Shown piece by piece: positions 1-10,374 of a DNA stretch of 64,000 bases (its first letter is position 1; each line of letters starts with the position of its first letter). This DNA comes from Longimicrobiales bacterium (GTDB lineage Bacteria; Gemmatimonadota; Gemmatimonadetes; Longimicrobiales; Gaopeijiaceae), in NCBI GenBank assembly GCA_965219445.1, contig CBDCNQ010000002.1:128001-192000 (forward strand), in the 5' to 3' direction. Below the pieces are notes generated by a model, which was not told the DNA's origin, did not search any database, and saw only the letters and a program-made list of their open reading frames with translations. Position numbers and translations under genes: made by a program.

Positions 1-838
1 GTGTCCGTCTGAGATAGCCCTTCAGTCGCTGCCAGGCGTCGAGCGCAGGCTCGGTCCGAAGCTCCGGATCTTCATCGATGCGGAGCCAGAACCCATGGTT
101 CACTTCGTCATAAATGTGGACATCGTTCTCGACCCCGGCGGCCCGGAGCGCCGAAACGAATTCGTTCACGGTCTCCGGCGGGATGCCATTGTCCATCTCG
201 GCAAAGCTGCCGTACACCTCGTGATCGATCGAGGTGAGGACCGTTGGGTCCGTGACGAGACTTCCGTAGAAGATGGCCGTCGCTTCGTGCTCTTCACCGC
301 CGAGAGCGTAGCTGAGCGCCACGCCACCCCCGAAGCACCACCCCATGGTACCCACCCGCCCGGTCACATCGTCCCTTCCCCGAAGGAATCGTGCGGCGGC
401 ATCGAGATTGGCGATCATCGTTTCGGGGTCCGCCCCGATCTCCCTCACCAACGCCATGTTTTCATCCGGATTTGACCCGACCCGTCCGGAGTAGAGATCG
501 GCGGCCAAGGCGACGTAACCCTCGGCAGCCATCGCGTCGGCGACCTCGCGGACTCGATCCACCAGCCCATCCCATTCGTGAATCAAGATCAAGGCCGGGA
601 AGGGGCCCCTCCCCTCGGGGACGGACAGGTATCCGACGGCGGCGTCATCCCCGGCGAAGTAGGAAACCGACTGGCCGCTCAGAGGACCCGCCATGCCGAG
701 AATGGCCGCCGGGAGAGCGTCGTCGGTCGGAGAGGACTCTGCGGGTGGCGCGTCTCCGGTGCAGGAGGCTCCAGCGAAGAGAATCGCCAGAATGAGCACC
801 AGGCCGCTGGTTCGGTCAAATCCTCCGATCGCTGTCAT
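1..838 (-). CDS. Dienelactone hydrolase family lipoprotein (3' end runs off window)
   Basis: Manual translation from ATG 838 (not in ORF track): MTAIGG...AGASC lipobox, LIHEWDGL, nucleophile motif GWCFGG, HGF; no stop before base 1. Confidence 0.85.
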   Translation of the reverse strand, partial: MTAIGGFDRTSGLVLILAILFAGASCTGDAPPAESSPTDDALPAAILGMAGPLSGQSVSYFAGDDAAVGYLSVPEGRGPFPALILIHEWDGLVDRVREVADAMAAEGYVALAADLYSGRVGSNPDENMALVREIGADPETMIANLDAAARFLRGRDDVTGRVGTMGWCFGGGVALSYALGGEEHEATAIFYGSLVTDPTVLTSIDHEVYGSFAEMDNGIPPETVNEFVSALRAAGVENDVHIYDEVNHGFWLRIDEDPELRTEPALDAWQRLKGYLRRT

Positions 839-1070
839 GGTTCTTTCCCTTTACGTGATGGCAGTCCACGAATGGTGGTCCGGGAGCGTTTCCTCAACTG
901 AACGCGACCAGGTGACGAGCATAACGTGAGAGCGGCCTGATCGCGAGCCGCCCGAGACTTGCAAAATCGAGAAGGACGCACCGAAACTCCTTGATTTTCA
1001 AGGAAAAAAAGTCGAAGCTTCGACGCCCCGCTTTCACAGATATCGCCTCACTTTTGGACGGTTGGAGCAT

Positions 1071-1886
1071 GTGAGCCGCCAATCAACATGGGCCTTGGGC
1101 CCGTCAGGGTTCGCGAACCGGTTCTTCGCCGGGGTTGGGCGCGCGGCCAGCTTGGTCGCGGAGCACGCCGGGCAGCTCGGCCTATTGGTGTGGAACATCG
1201 GCGTTGCGTGCGTTAGGCTACGGGTGTCCCGCCGAGACATCCTACGCCAGATCTACGCCATCGGAATCCAAAGCATTCTCATCGTGTTGGTGGCGGCCGG
1301 CCTCATCGGCATCGTGACGAGCCAACAGGGCGGCTACCAGATGCAGAGTCAACTCCCGCTCTATGTCATGGGATCCATCGTCGTGGAGAGCGTCATTCTC
1401 GAGATGGGCCCGGTCCTCACGGCCATCGTGATGATAGGTAGGGTCGGCGCGCGGATTACGGCGGAGCTCGGCACGATGAGGGTTTCCGAACAGATCGACG
1501 CCCTTTATTCGGTGGGCAGGGACCCGGTCGAGATCCTCGCTGCACCACGGGTGCTGGCGACGATCGTCTCGATGCCGCTACTGGTATCGCTGGCCAACCT
1601 CGTCGGTATCACAACGGGGATGATTTCTGCCCAGTACACGCTTGGGCTTGGCTCCGAGACGTTTTTCTACGGTGCCCGCTTGTTCTGGCATTCGTACGAC
1701 ATGTTCTATTCGCTCATGAAGGCGTTGGTGTTCGGCGCGGCGATTCCGCTCATCGCAGTCCACATGGGCCTCCGAACGACCGGTGGAGCGGAGGGCGTCG
1801 GGAGAACCACGACGCACTCCGTGGTATTCATGACCCTGACGATTCTCGTCATCGACGCCATGTTCCCTCCCCTTTTCCTCAATTAG
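1071..1886 (+). CDS. mlaE: MlaE-family ABC permease
   Basis: EMGPVLTAIVMIGRVGARITAELGTMRVSEQIDAL and GGAEGVGRTTT signatures; exact start (1062/1071) uncertain. Confidence 0.9.
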   Translation: MSRQSTWALGPSGFANRFFAGVGRAASLVAEHAGQLGLLVWNIGVACVRLRVSRRDILRQIYAIGIQSILIVLVAAGLIGIVTSQQGGYQMQSQLPLYVMGSIVVESVILEMGPVLTAIVMIGRVGARITAELGTMRVSEQIDALYSVGRDPVEILAAPRVLATIVSMPLLVSLANLVGITTGMISAQYTLGLGSETFFYGARLFWHSYDMFYSLMKALVFGAAIPLIAVHMGLRTTGGAEGVGRTTTHSVVFMTLTILVIDAMFPPLFLN

Positions 1887-1894
1887 GCCGGCCC

Positions 1895-2692
1895 GTGTCT
1901 GTTACTGGAAACGGGTCGGGGGCGGTCATCGAGTATCGGAACGTATTCAAGGCGTTCGACGCCCCGGTCCTCTCGGGTGTGACGCTCTCCGTGTACCAGG
2001 GCGAGATGGTCGCTCTCTTCGGCCCTTCTGGAACGGGGAAGAGCGTGCTCCTCAAGACGACCATCGCCCTCGTCACACCGGATCGGGGAGACGTGACCGT
2101 GAGCGGGGAGTCCGTCTACTTCGGAGGCCGTGACGTGATTGAAAAAATCCGTCGGAAGGTCGGATATGTCTTTCAATACGCCGCGCTCTTCGATTCGCTG
2201 ACGGTCTTTGAGAATATCGAAATGGGGATTCCGGAACAGAGCATGAAGCGGATGAGCGAAAAGGACGTGGCACACCGCGCCTGGGAGGTATTGGACCTCG
2301 TCAACCTGGAACCCCGGCAGGTGCTGGGTATGCTTCCGGCCGAGCTGTCGGGTGGGATGAAGAAGCGCGTCGGCATCGCAAGGGCCATCGCGGGACACCC
2401 GGAAATCTTGCTATGGGACGAGCCCACTACGGGACTCGATCCGGTGAACACGGCCGCCATCGAGCGACTCATCAAACGGCTTTCGGACGACCTGCAAGTG
2501 ACGTCTCTGCTGGTCACCCACGATATCGAGGGTGGCCTCGAAATGTGCGATCGGGTCGCGATGCTCGAAGGAGGGCACCTCCGTTTCCTTGGCTCACCGG
2601 AGGAATTTCGAGAGAGCGGCGACCCGGTAGTGAACGCGTTTGTGGATCGGGAAGCTGCGACCGTGGCCTTGGACACGTTGGAAATCAGTTGA
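1895..2692 (+). CDS. mlaF: MlaF-family ABC ATP-binding protein
   Basis: Walker A GPSGTGKS, LSGGMKKR, DEPTTGLDP; between mlaE and an MCE gene. Confidence 0.9.
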   Translation: MSVTGNGSGAVIEYRNVFKAFDAPVLSGVTLSVYQGEMVALFGPSGTGKSVLLKTTIALVTPDRGDVTVSGESVYFGGRDVIEKIRRKVGYVFQYAALFDSLTVFENIEMGIPEQSMKRMSEKDVAHRAWEVLDLVNLEPRQVLGMLPAELSGGMKKRVGIARAIAGHPEILLWDEPTTGLDPVNTAAIERLIKRLSDDLQVTSLLVTHDIEGGLEMCDRVAMLEGGHLRFLGSPEEFRESGDPVVNAFVDREAATVALDTLEIS

Positions 2693-2720
2693 GTGACGAC
2701 CCGGTAAACAGGAGCATCCC

Positions 2721-3677
2721 TTGACGGTAAACGAGATCCCAGGCTCTTCTGGCGGGCAGGTCGAGGAGGTCGTGCCTCCGCAGGCCGGAAAGCGGCAGGT
2801 TCGTATTGGAGTGTTCGTGCTCGCTGGGTTGATCGCGACCATCTATCTCCTCTATCTCCTCACCGATCCTGCAACGTTCCGGAACCGGTACCGAGTCACG
2901 ACGACCGTCGACAACGTGATGGGGCTCCGCAAGGGCGACCCGGTCCAGATGCGGGGGGTGAACATCGGTCAGGTCAATGACTTCGTGCTGGGCCCGACGG
3001 GTGACGATGTCGTGATCGTCCTCGAGATCGAGGGCCAGTGGATCCTTCCCGAGGGCTCGACGACTCAACTCGTGACTCCGGGACTCATGGCTCCCAGAAC
3101 CGTGGAAGTCCTGCCGGGCCCCGGGCCTGGAACGATCGGTCGCGGGGGCACGATGCCGGGCATAGCGATGAAGGGGTTACTGGACGATACGGAGTCCCTA
3201 GGGGAGAAGGGGCAAATGGCTCTCGACAGGATCACCGAGCTGCTGTCCCCGGAGAACCTGGACGCAATCGGTGAAAGCGCCGGAGGTCTCAGCACGCTTG
3301 TAGGTGACCTCTCGGATATCGTGGAGTCCGAGAGCGACAACCTGAAGGCATTGATCGAATCGTTGAGCCGGGCAGCGGACGGTCTCGCGGAGATGACCGC
3401 GGGTGGGCCGGAGCTGCGGGAGGATCTGACGAGCACGATGGCCTCGGCGGACTCCCTCATGGTGCGCCTCAACGCCACGTCGGAGAGCATCGAGGGGGTC
3501 GTCGCATCCCTTGAAACGATTCTCAACCGCATGGAAAACGGCGAGGGCACCCTGGGCCAACTCTCGGTCAACGATTCGCTCTTTACGAGCTTGTCAGCGG
3601 CCGTCGAGAGCGCCCGTCTTCTCATGGACGACGTTCGGGAGAATCCCGGACGCTACATCAACGTCTCCATCTTCTAG
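2721..3677 (+). CDS. mlaD: MlaD/MCE family protein
   Basis: N-terminal TM helix, GLRKGDPVQMRGVNIGQV MCE motif, helical C-terminus ending GTLGQL...NPGRYINVSIF. Confidence 0.88.
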   Translation: MTVNEIPGSSGGQVEEVVPPQAGKRQVRIGVFVLAGLIATIYLLYLLTDPATFRNRYRVTTTVDNVMGLRKGDPVQMRGVNIGQVNDFVLGPTGDDVVIVLEIEGQWILPEGSTTQLVTPGLMAPRTVEVLPGPGPGTIGRGGTMPGIAMKGLLDDTESLGEKGQMALDRITELLSPENLDAIGESAGGLSTLVGDLSDIVESESDNLKALIESLSRAADGLAEMTAGGPELREDLTSTMASADSLMVRLNATSESIEGVVASLETILNRMENGEGTLGQLSVNDSLFTSLSAAVESARLLMDDVRENPGRYINVSIF

Positions 3678-3717
3678 AGATCCCTTAAGAGCCGTCCTGC
3701 CCTCCCAGGTTGTCCTA

Positions 3718-6700
3718 CTACCACCCCGGAGACAGCACGAATCCCCAGTGCGCTCCCTTATCCGGGCGCTGGAACGGATGCGCATAGTAGGCCTCCAGGA
3801 TCAGGAATCCGAAGAGGTTGAAGCGCGCCCCGCCGCCCACAGAGAACACCGGTACGCGCTGCCCACCTGAGCGCACGAAATCGAAGTTGACCTCGTTGAA
3901 ATCGTTGAAGGCGAGTCCCGCGTCCCCAAAGACAAAAACTTCGGTGGGAAGATACGGGAAATTGAGAAGCGCAAACCGCGGCATTCCGATTAGCGGAATG
4001 CGAAACTCGAGGTTCACCACGCCGAGGCGGTGACCGAAGAGGCGGTCGAATCCGGCGCAAGTACCCACTACGGCACCCGGCTCCAGGGAGGTTGCCGCAC
4101 ATTCGTCCGCCCCGTCCTGCCCCCTGAAGCTTTCGAAGGAGTACCCACGAATGAAGGTCTCGTAACCCAAGAAGAAGGGTTGAATCGTCGCAGTAGCGCG
4201 GTCCGGGTCCAGATTTCCGTACCGGCCGAAATGAAGAGCTCGGGCCGCGAACGTCATGTTCTTGCCGGGGCTAACGTAACGCCGGTAATCCGCTACGACG
4301 GTCGTGAAATTCTTTGTACCGAGGGCCTGCCCCACCTCCAACCGAAAACGCCCGCCTGACACAGGAGAGGTGAAGCCCATGTTCGAGTTGTCGCCGACTA
4401 GTGCAAGGGAGCCCGTGGCGAGATTGAGGGCGTCTCTAGAGGGAAGGGACGTGTCCTGGCGTCCCAAGAAAAAACCGAATTGATCGAAAACGAATGTCTG
4501 TTCTTCGAGGTCGAAGGAATAGCGCTGGACCCCTATGTTACCCTCCACTCGACGCGTCGTGGAGAACGGATAGGCGGCCATGTAACTGAGCTGACTTACG
4601 TTGATGCGTTGCAATATCTGGGTGATGCTCTGGCTGCCGTCGGGGTTCAGCTCCCGAAACGAGAAGCCCTGAAGGTAGGGAATCCGACCGCCGCTTACTC
4701 CCCAATTCATTCTCTTCGCCTGGTTTATGTAAAAGGCCTGTCCGCCGATGTCCTTGAACGACCCCTGAGCCTGAACCATCACGCCAAGCGTCCGATTGCC
4801 AAGCATGTCACTGAAGAATGCCGACGCGCCGCCGGCGGCATATTGCCCGAACCGATCCGTGCCCACCCCGATGGTCGGCTGCCCTAGGTAATCGAGGGAG
4901 AGGGAGGAATCGTACTCGACCGCGTTCTCGGCGAGATAGGTTCCGCTAGGTGCGAGTCCCATGATCGGATCGGCGAGGTACCCGGCGATGCGGCTCGACC
5001 GCGACGGCGCCGTCGGCGGGAGGAGGCGGCCCGGCTGCTGTGCGGAGGACGCGGAGATCAGTTGGCCACCCGCATCGGCTTCGCCGGCCTGGAGACTGTA
5101 CACGTGGAACTCCATCTGGTCGAACACGGTGAAGAGGATCGTTCCGGCGTCTCGGGCCACGGATAGCGTCGGAGACATTCCGGTGATCCCGCTCACGGCG
5201 GTCTGCAGCATGGTGATGCGGCGGAGGTCCCGTGATTCGAACGTGTACTGGTAGATATCGCTGAAGCCGTCCTGGTCCGACACGAAGTATAGGCTTCGCC
5301 CGTCCGGCGCATATTGCGGATTGATGTGCTTGACCTCGCCGAACACACTGAGCGTGGTTACCTCGTTGGAGGCCACATCCAGGAACGCGATCTGCGGCTT
5401 GCTGTACTGGAGGGCCTCGAAGTCCGTAATCGCTCCCCGATCGGAAACGAAGGCGATCGTAGATCCGTCCGGCGACCAGGTGGGCTGAAGGTCGGCGTGC
5501 TTATCGTCCGTGAGCTGCCTCAGCGCACCCGTGCCGACATCCCACGTATAAATATCGCTCACGCCCCCGGCGAGTCCCGAAAAGGCGATGAATTGGCCGT
5601 CCGGGGACCAGGCCGGACTGGTAATCGCCCCAATGCCGTCGAGGGCGATTTTCCGTTCGATGTCGCCGCTCTCGACATCCACGATCGCCAACTCGTTGTC
5701 CCCCTCGGCGAACACCGCGAAAACGAACTGGGTGCCGTCTGGCGACCAGTCTCCCGCCGAGTCGATGAACCGTAACGCATCGATATGAGAGTCGCGGTTG
5801 GCGCTGACCAGCGTCCTCTGGATTTCACCGGTCCGCGCATCGGCCACGAAGAGGTCGATACCGAAGAGATCCTTCTCGGACAGGAAGGCGACGAGGCTTC
5901 CGTCTGGACTCACCGACGGAGATACGTTCTGGCGCCCCGCCCCGGTGGATGGCGCCAGGAGCAGCGCTCCGGACTCCCCCGGAGCCTGCCTACCGGCCAT
6001 GAGAGGCAAGTACTCCGCCTCGACCGCCTCTCTCCAGGCCACCGAGAGACTGTCCGAGCTGATGCCCAGCACCTGATTCAAGGCGGGCTCCACCCCGATC
6101 CGGAGCGCCCTTCGGAAAACGTCTACAATCCGGTCATCGCCGTACTGCCCGCCGACATAGGCCCACAGCGCCTGCCCATAACGGTACGGGAAGAACCGAG
6201 TGTCTGTCGTCATTTGCTGGAGGGTGGGCAGGTCTTCCCTGCGAATGGCGTCGCGAAGCCACATGGCGGTGAGCGGGGCATCTCGCCCGGAGGACAAATA
6301 CTCCGCCATTCCCTCGATGAACCAGAGCGGAAGGAGCGACAGACCGCGAATACCGGCACCCGAGCGGCCCTGCGCCACGTTGTATTGGAATGCGTGTACG
6401 AGCTCATGCCCCAGGACGTGGTCGGTATCCGGATATGACCCCGTCATAGGCATGATCACGCGATTCTTGAGCGACTCTGTGACGCCTCCCGTGCCCTCAC
6501 TCAGCCGCCCGCGGAGCGTATTCGTCTGCTGGAAATCGGGGTGATCCGCATAAAGAATGATGGGCTTGGGCTGTTCGAATTCATGCTGAAACAGGCGCGC
6601 GAGCCGCTCGTACCACCGTTCACCCATGCGCGCGGCGTCCTCGACCGCGTCGGCCTCTTCCGGATAGAAGTGGATGTCGTAATGAGGGGTCTTGAGGATC

Positions 6701-6858
6701 CTGAAGTCGAATGTCTCATACTGGACCTTGTTCCGCCCGAAGTACTGGCCGGACGCCGAGGTCGGGATTACGGTACCGGACACAGCCAAAAGGAGCACAA
6801 CGAGGAAGCCCTGCTTCGAGCCCCAGGCCCGCGAATTCGTACGAGTATCAAGCATCAT
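3718..6858 (-). CDS. Outer-membrane protein: metallopeptidase-like domain + TolB/PD40 beta-propeller + Omp85/BamA-type barrel
   Basis: Start at ATG 6858 after GGGGAG RBS (ORF-track extension to 7614 overlaps another gene); QYFGRNKVQY, HELVH (HExxH), EGMAEY, repeated WSPDG, IRGY, terminal W. Confidence 0.8.
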   Translation of the reverse strand: MMLDTRTNSRAWGSKQGFLVVLLLAVSGTVIPTSASGQYFGRNKVQYETFDFRILKTPHYDIHFYPEEADAVEDAARMGERWYERLARLFQHEFEQPKPIILYADHPDFQQTNTLRGRLSEGTGGVTESLKNRVIMPMTGSYPDTDHVLGHELVHAFQYNVAQGRSGAGIRGLSLLPLWFIEGMAEYLSSGRDAPLTAMWLRDAIRREDLPTLQQMTTDTRFFPYRYGQALWAYVGGQYGDDRIVDVFRRALRIGVEPALNQVLGISSDSLSVAWREAVEAEYLPLMAGRQAPGESGALLLAPSTGAGRQNVSPSVSPDGSLVAFLSEKDLFGIDLFVADARTGEIQRTLVSANRDSHIDALRFIDSAGDWSPDGTQFVFAVFAEGDNELAIVDVESGDIERKIALDGIGAITSPAWSPDGQFIAFSGLAGGVSDIYTWDVGTGALRQLTDDKHADLQPTWSPDGSTIAFVSDRGAITDFEALQYSKPQIAFLDVASNEVTTLSVFGEVKHINPQYAPDGRSLYFVSDQDGFSDIYQYTFESRDLRRITMLQTAVSGITGMSPTLSVARDAGTILFTVFDQMEFHVYSLQAGEADAGGQLISASSAQQPGRLLPPTAPSRSSRIAGYLADPIMGLAPSGTYLAENAVEYDSSLSLDYLGQPTIGVGTDRFGQYAAGGASAFFSDMLGNRTLGVMVQAQGSFKDIGGQAFYINQAKRMNWGVSGGRIPYLQGFSFRELNPDGSQSITQILQRINVSQLSYMAAYPFSTTRRVEGNIGVQRYSFDLEEQTFVFDQFGFFLGRQDTSLPSRDALNLATGSLALVGDNSNMGFTSPVSGGRFRLEVGQALGTKNFTTVVADYRRYVSPGKNMTFAARALHFGRYGNLDPDRATATIQPFFLGYETFIRGYSFESFRGQDGADECAATSLEPGAVVGTCAGFDRLFGHRLGVVNLEFRIPLIGMPRFALLNFPYLPTEVFVFGDAGLAFNDFNEVNFDFVRSGGQRVPVFSVGGGARFNLFGFLILEAYYAHPFQRPDKGAHWGFVLSPGW

Positions 6859-7143
6859 TAGGACTCCCCGTTTTCCGGTGTCTGCGCATCCACACAAGGT
6901 ACCGCGTGATCTGTCCGTGAACCAATCTTCGTGCTCTTCAATTTTCGTGCCTTTCAACTTCTCGAACCGAGTACCCCACACCGGGTCGACTGTCCCTCGG
7001 TTGTCGAGTCGCCCCAAGAGGAACCCCCGGAGCGAGCCCACGAGTTCCAACCTTGGCCCTTTACGCCGCTCGCTCGCAGGTGCAAGATTCCTGCCTGTAA
7101 CTGGTGGGGGCTGGCGTAGTCTTTGTTGTTTGCACACGAGGGA

Positions 7144-8385
7144 ATGATGATATCCTTTCGGATAGGGATATTGGCGACATGTCTGAGTACGGTGGCCTGT
7201 ACAGATATGGCTCCCGGTGCGATCGAGCTGGGCGAGCTCGAACCACTGAATCCGCCCCTTGGAGAGGGCAGTCTGTGGCCTAAACTGTCCACCCATGGGG
7301 ACGAGGTCGTCTTGAGCTGGCAGGAACCTGATGGCACCAATTCCTGGTCTGTTAAAACGGCCATACTCGATGGGGCTGGGTGGTCCCCGGCACGGACCGT
7401 AGCCCGCTCGACGGAGCAGAGGGGGTTCTTCATCAATTGGGCCGACTTCGCTTCGGTCGATTTCTTGGAGGCGGATCTGCTGGTCGCCCACTGGCTCCTC
7501 CGTGGTCCGGACGGTGGGTACGACTATGGCGTACGGGTCGCTCGGTCGAGGGACTCGGGTCGGACCTGGACCGAGCCTTGGACGCCGCATACGGATGAGA
7601 CCCGCACGGAACATGGATTCGTGTCGAAATTCCCCCTGGAGAACGGGGGAATCGGCTTCGTTTGGCTGGACGGCCGCGACTCGGTCGACAGGGACGGAAA
7701 GACAGGCACACCGGGCGCGATGGCGTTACGATACCGGTCGCTCGATCGGGATGGAGTCCCGGGTGTGGAATTACTCATCGACGAGCGTGTCTGTGACTGC
7801 TGTCAAACCGACGCGGCCGTCTCGGCCTCCGGACCAGTCGTGGTCTACCGGGATCGGTCCGAGGAGGAAGTACGAGATATATATGTCACCCGCCTCGTCG
7901 ATGGGCAGTGGACGGAGGGTATGCCGGTCCACCGGGACGGCTGGGTGATTCCAGCTTGCCCGGTGAATGGGCCGGCCGTGGCGGCTCGCGGGAACGAAGT
8001 CGCGGTCGCATGGTTTACTGCTGTCGGAAATGACCGCAAGACACAGGTGGCTTTTTCGTCGGACAGCGGTGTACACTTCGGGGAGCCGATCCGCGTCGAC
8101 GATGGAGTTGCTCTTGGGCGCGTCGATGTGCTGTGGCTCGAGAATGGCTCGGCTCTGGTCATGTGGCTGGAGCGGCGCCCCCGCACGGGGGAAGTGCTGG
8201 TGCGCCAGGTGTGGCCAAATGGACGAATTGGGGGAGAGGCGGTTGTGACCACGACATCTGCGGGGCGGGACAGCGGGTTCCCGCAAATGATCCAAGACGG
8301 CATGGGTCGGGTCGTGTTCGCGTGGACCGAGACGGGGAACGTCCGACGCGTGCGCGTGACGAGAACAAGCGAGGCTCTCCAATGA
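7144..8385 (+). CDS. Exported BNR/sialidase-like beta-propeller lipoprotein with Cys motifs
   Basis: Lipobox-like STVAC, Asp-box repeats SRDSGRTW and SSDSGVHF, CDCCQT and CPVNGP motifs. Confidence 0.7.
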   Translation: MMISFRIGILATCLSTVACTDMAPGAIELGELEPLNPPLGEGSLWPKLSTHGDEVVLSWQEPDGTNSWSVKTAILDGAGWSPARTVARSTEQRGFFINWADFASVDFLEADLLVAHWLLRGPDGGYDYGVRVARSRDSGRTWTEPWTPHTDETRTEHGFVSKFPLENGGIGFVWLDGRDSVDRDGKTGTPGAMALRYRSLDRDGVPGVELLIDERVCDCCQTDAAVSASGPVVVYRDRSEEEVRDIYVTRLVDGQWTEGMPVHRDGWVIPACPVNGPAVAARGNEVAVAWFTAVGNDRKTQVAFSSDSGVHFGEPIRVDDGVALGRVDVLWLENGSALVMWLERRPRTGEVLVRQVWPNGRIGGEAVVTTTSAGRDSGFPQMIQDGMGRVVFAWTETGNVRRVRVTRTSEALQ

Positions 8386-8891
8386 CCCGGGCGTCCAGGG
8401 CTACCTTCGCTTTGTTGCTGTGGATTACGGCGTGCGCCCCAGGCGATCTGAGGCCGCCCCAGGTGGGGGATCCGGCTCCTGAGTTCCAGGCGATGTCGCT
8501 CGATGGCGAGCGTTCCGTTGCTCTCGGCGACTACGTGGGCCGGACGCTCCTTGTGAATATATGGGCGACTTGGTGCGCTCCGTGCCGCCAGGAGACGCCC
8601 TACCTTCAGTCCGTTTATGAGGAAAATCAGGAGCGTGGGCTGATGATCGTGGGGGTTTCCGTCGACTCGCCTTCCGCCCTCGACCTGGTGAACGAATTTC
8701 TCGAAGAGATGGGGGTTACGTACGATATTGTGCTCGATCCCGAGATGGTGAGCACGGATGTCTTCGCGCCCATCGGGTACCCCGCGTCCTACCTCATCGA
8801 CCGAGAGGGGGTGATCCGCTTTACCCGACTGGGTCCGATCGCGGAGGGAGACCCTGCATTTCTCGAAGCCCTGGAACAGACCCTCAACTAA
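8382..8891 (+). CDS. TlpA/ResA-like thioredoxin lipoprotein
   Basis: ATG 8382 overlaps upstream TGA (ATGA); NIWATWCAPC redoxin motif. Confidence 0.88.
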   Translation: MTRASRATFALLLWITACAPGDLRPPQVGDPAPEFQAMSLDGERSVALGDYVGRTLLVNIWATWCAPCRQETPYLQSVYEENQERGLMIVGVSVDSPSALDLVNEFLEEMGVTYDIVLDPEMVSTDVFAPIGYPASYLIDREGVIRFTRLGPIAEGDPAFLEALEQTLN

Positions 8892-8917
8892 CGCGGGCTG
8901 ACCGTATCAAAGGCATT

Positions 8918-9901
8918 CTGGAGCGGTCTGAGCGGGCGCAAATACTCGTCGTCGGGGACCTCATGCTCGATCGATACGTCTCGGGCCCCGCAACGAGGAT
9001 CTCGCCGGAGTCTCCCGTGCCTGTCGTTCAAGTGGAGAAGGAATGGGCGGGTGTGGGCGGCGCCGCCAATGTAGCCGCCAACGTCGTCGCCCTCGGTGCC
9101 CAGTGCGAACTTGTCGGCTGCGTCGGCGCCGATGATGCAGGACGCGAGCTCCGAGAACGCCTCAATGCGCTTGGGGTGGGCATCGAGGGTCTGGTGGAGC
9201 GCAGGGAACGCCCCACGACCGTAAAGACGCGGGTCCTGGCCGGGCATCAACAGGTCGTGCGCATCGACCGAGAGGACTCGGACGACGTGAGTCCCGAGGC
9301 CGTTCGGCTGCTTCAAAAAGAAGCCCGTAGGGGACTCGCTGGTTGTGGCTCGGTCGTGCTCGAAGACTACGATAAGGGCGTACTGGTTCCCGACGTCATC
9401 CAGGAGGTCCTCGACGGTGCGAAGGCGGGGGGAGCTCCCTCAATCGTCGATCCCAAGCGTCGGCGATTCTTCTCATACGCCTCGGCCACAGTCTTCAAGC
9501 CGAATGCGAATGAGTTGGAGGATGCACTGGGAGAGCCGGTTCGTCCCGAGGACGGCGCTTGGATGGAGGGGGCCCGTTCTCGGCTGGGCTGCGAGCATCT
9601 TCTCCTGACTCTGGGCGGACTCGGAATGTCATTATGTTCCGCAGAGGAGGGCACAACGCTTTTCCCCGCGTCGGACCGAACGGTCTTCGACGTCTCAGGC
9701 GCGGGAGACACGGTCACCGCAGCGGTGTCGCTCGCGCTGGCCCTCGGCGCATCCGTGTCCGAGGCGGCCGTTCTCGCGAACCACGCGGCCGCGGTCCAAG
9801 TGACCAAGGCCGGGGTGGCGACAGTGACGAGGGAGGAACTCTACGAGCACACCTTCGACGTCAGGGCCGCCCGGGAGGTAGGTGGGTCCGCCGAGTCGTA
9901 A
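8918..9901 (+). CDS. rfaE1: D-glycero-D-manno-heptose-7-phosphate kinase (HldE kinase half, RfaE1)
   Basis: ILVVGDLMLD (reads upstream of ATG 8963), RISPESPVP, GGAANVA, DVSGAGDT; start uncertain. Confidence 0.88.
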   Translation: MERSERAQILVVGDLMLDRYVSGPATRISPESPVPVVQVEKEWAGVGGAANVAANVVALGAQCELVGCVGADDAGRELRERLNALGVGIEGLVERRERPTTVKTRVLAGHQQVVRIDREDSDDVSPEAVRLLQKEARRGLAGCGSVVLEDYDKGVLVPDVIQEVLDGAKAGGAPSIVDPKRRRFFSYASATVFKPNANELEDALGEPVRPEDGAWMEGARSRLGCEHLLLTLGGLGMSLCSAEEGTTLFPASDRTVFDVSGAGDTVTAAVSLALALGASVSEAAVLANHAAAVQVTKAGVATVTREELYEHTFDVRAAREVGGSAES

Positions 9902-9984
9902 AGTGCTTCTCCGGCGGCCTCATTCGGCATGGATGGGATATACGTTAACTATATGTAAAAATTTGACTTATAGGTGATGATCGA

Positions 9985-10374
9985 ATGAATAACTTTAAGT
10001 TCGTTCATACCTCCGAGGCCCCGGAGGCCATCGGCCCGTACTCCCAGGCCGTTGTCGCAGGGGAGTGGGTCTTCGCCTCCGGCCAAATTCCGATCGACCC
10101 CACCACCGGGGAGCTCATCGACGGAGGGATCGCCGAGCAAACCGATCGAGTCATGAGGAATCTGGCTGCCGTGCTTGAAGAGGCGGGGCTTTCTCTGAAT
10201 CAAGTCGTAAAGACGACGGTGTATCTTGCCGACATGGGGACGTTCGGAGCGATGAACAAGGTATACGCCAAGCATTTCGGGGATCATCGCCCTGCTCGGG
10301 CGACGGTGCAGGCCGCTGCATTGCCCAAGAACGTGGGCGTGGAGATCGATGTCATTGCATGCATGCCGTCATGA
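9985..10374 (+). CDS. ridA: RidA family enamine/imine deaminase
   Basis: APEAIGPYSQA, SGQIP, RPARATV, VEIDVIA. Confidence 0.92.
   Translation: MNNFKFVHTSEAPEAIGPYSQAVVAGEWVFASGQIPIDPTTGELIDGGIAEQTDRVMRNLAAVLEEAGLSLNQVVKTTVYLADMGTFGAMNKVYAKHFGDHRPARATVQAAALPKNVGVEIDVIACMPS

Noticed and set aside
95..929. Plus-strand ORFs at the window start
   Set aside because: Antisense to the dienelactone hydrolase gene
6859..7614. ORF-track N-terminal extension of the Omp85 protein (1298 aa)
   Set aside because: Overlaps the divergent propeller gene; an RBS and signal peptide indicate a start at 6858
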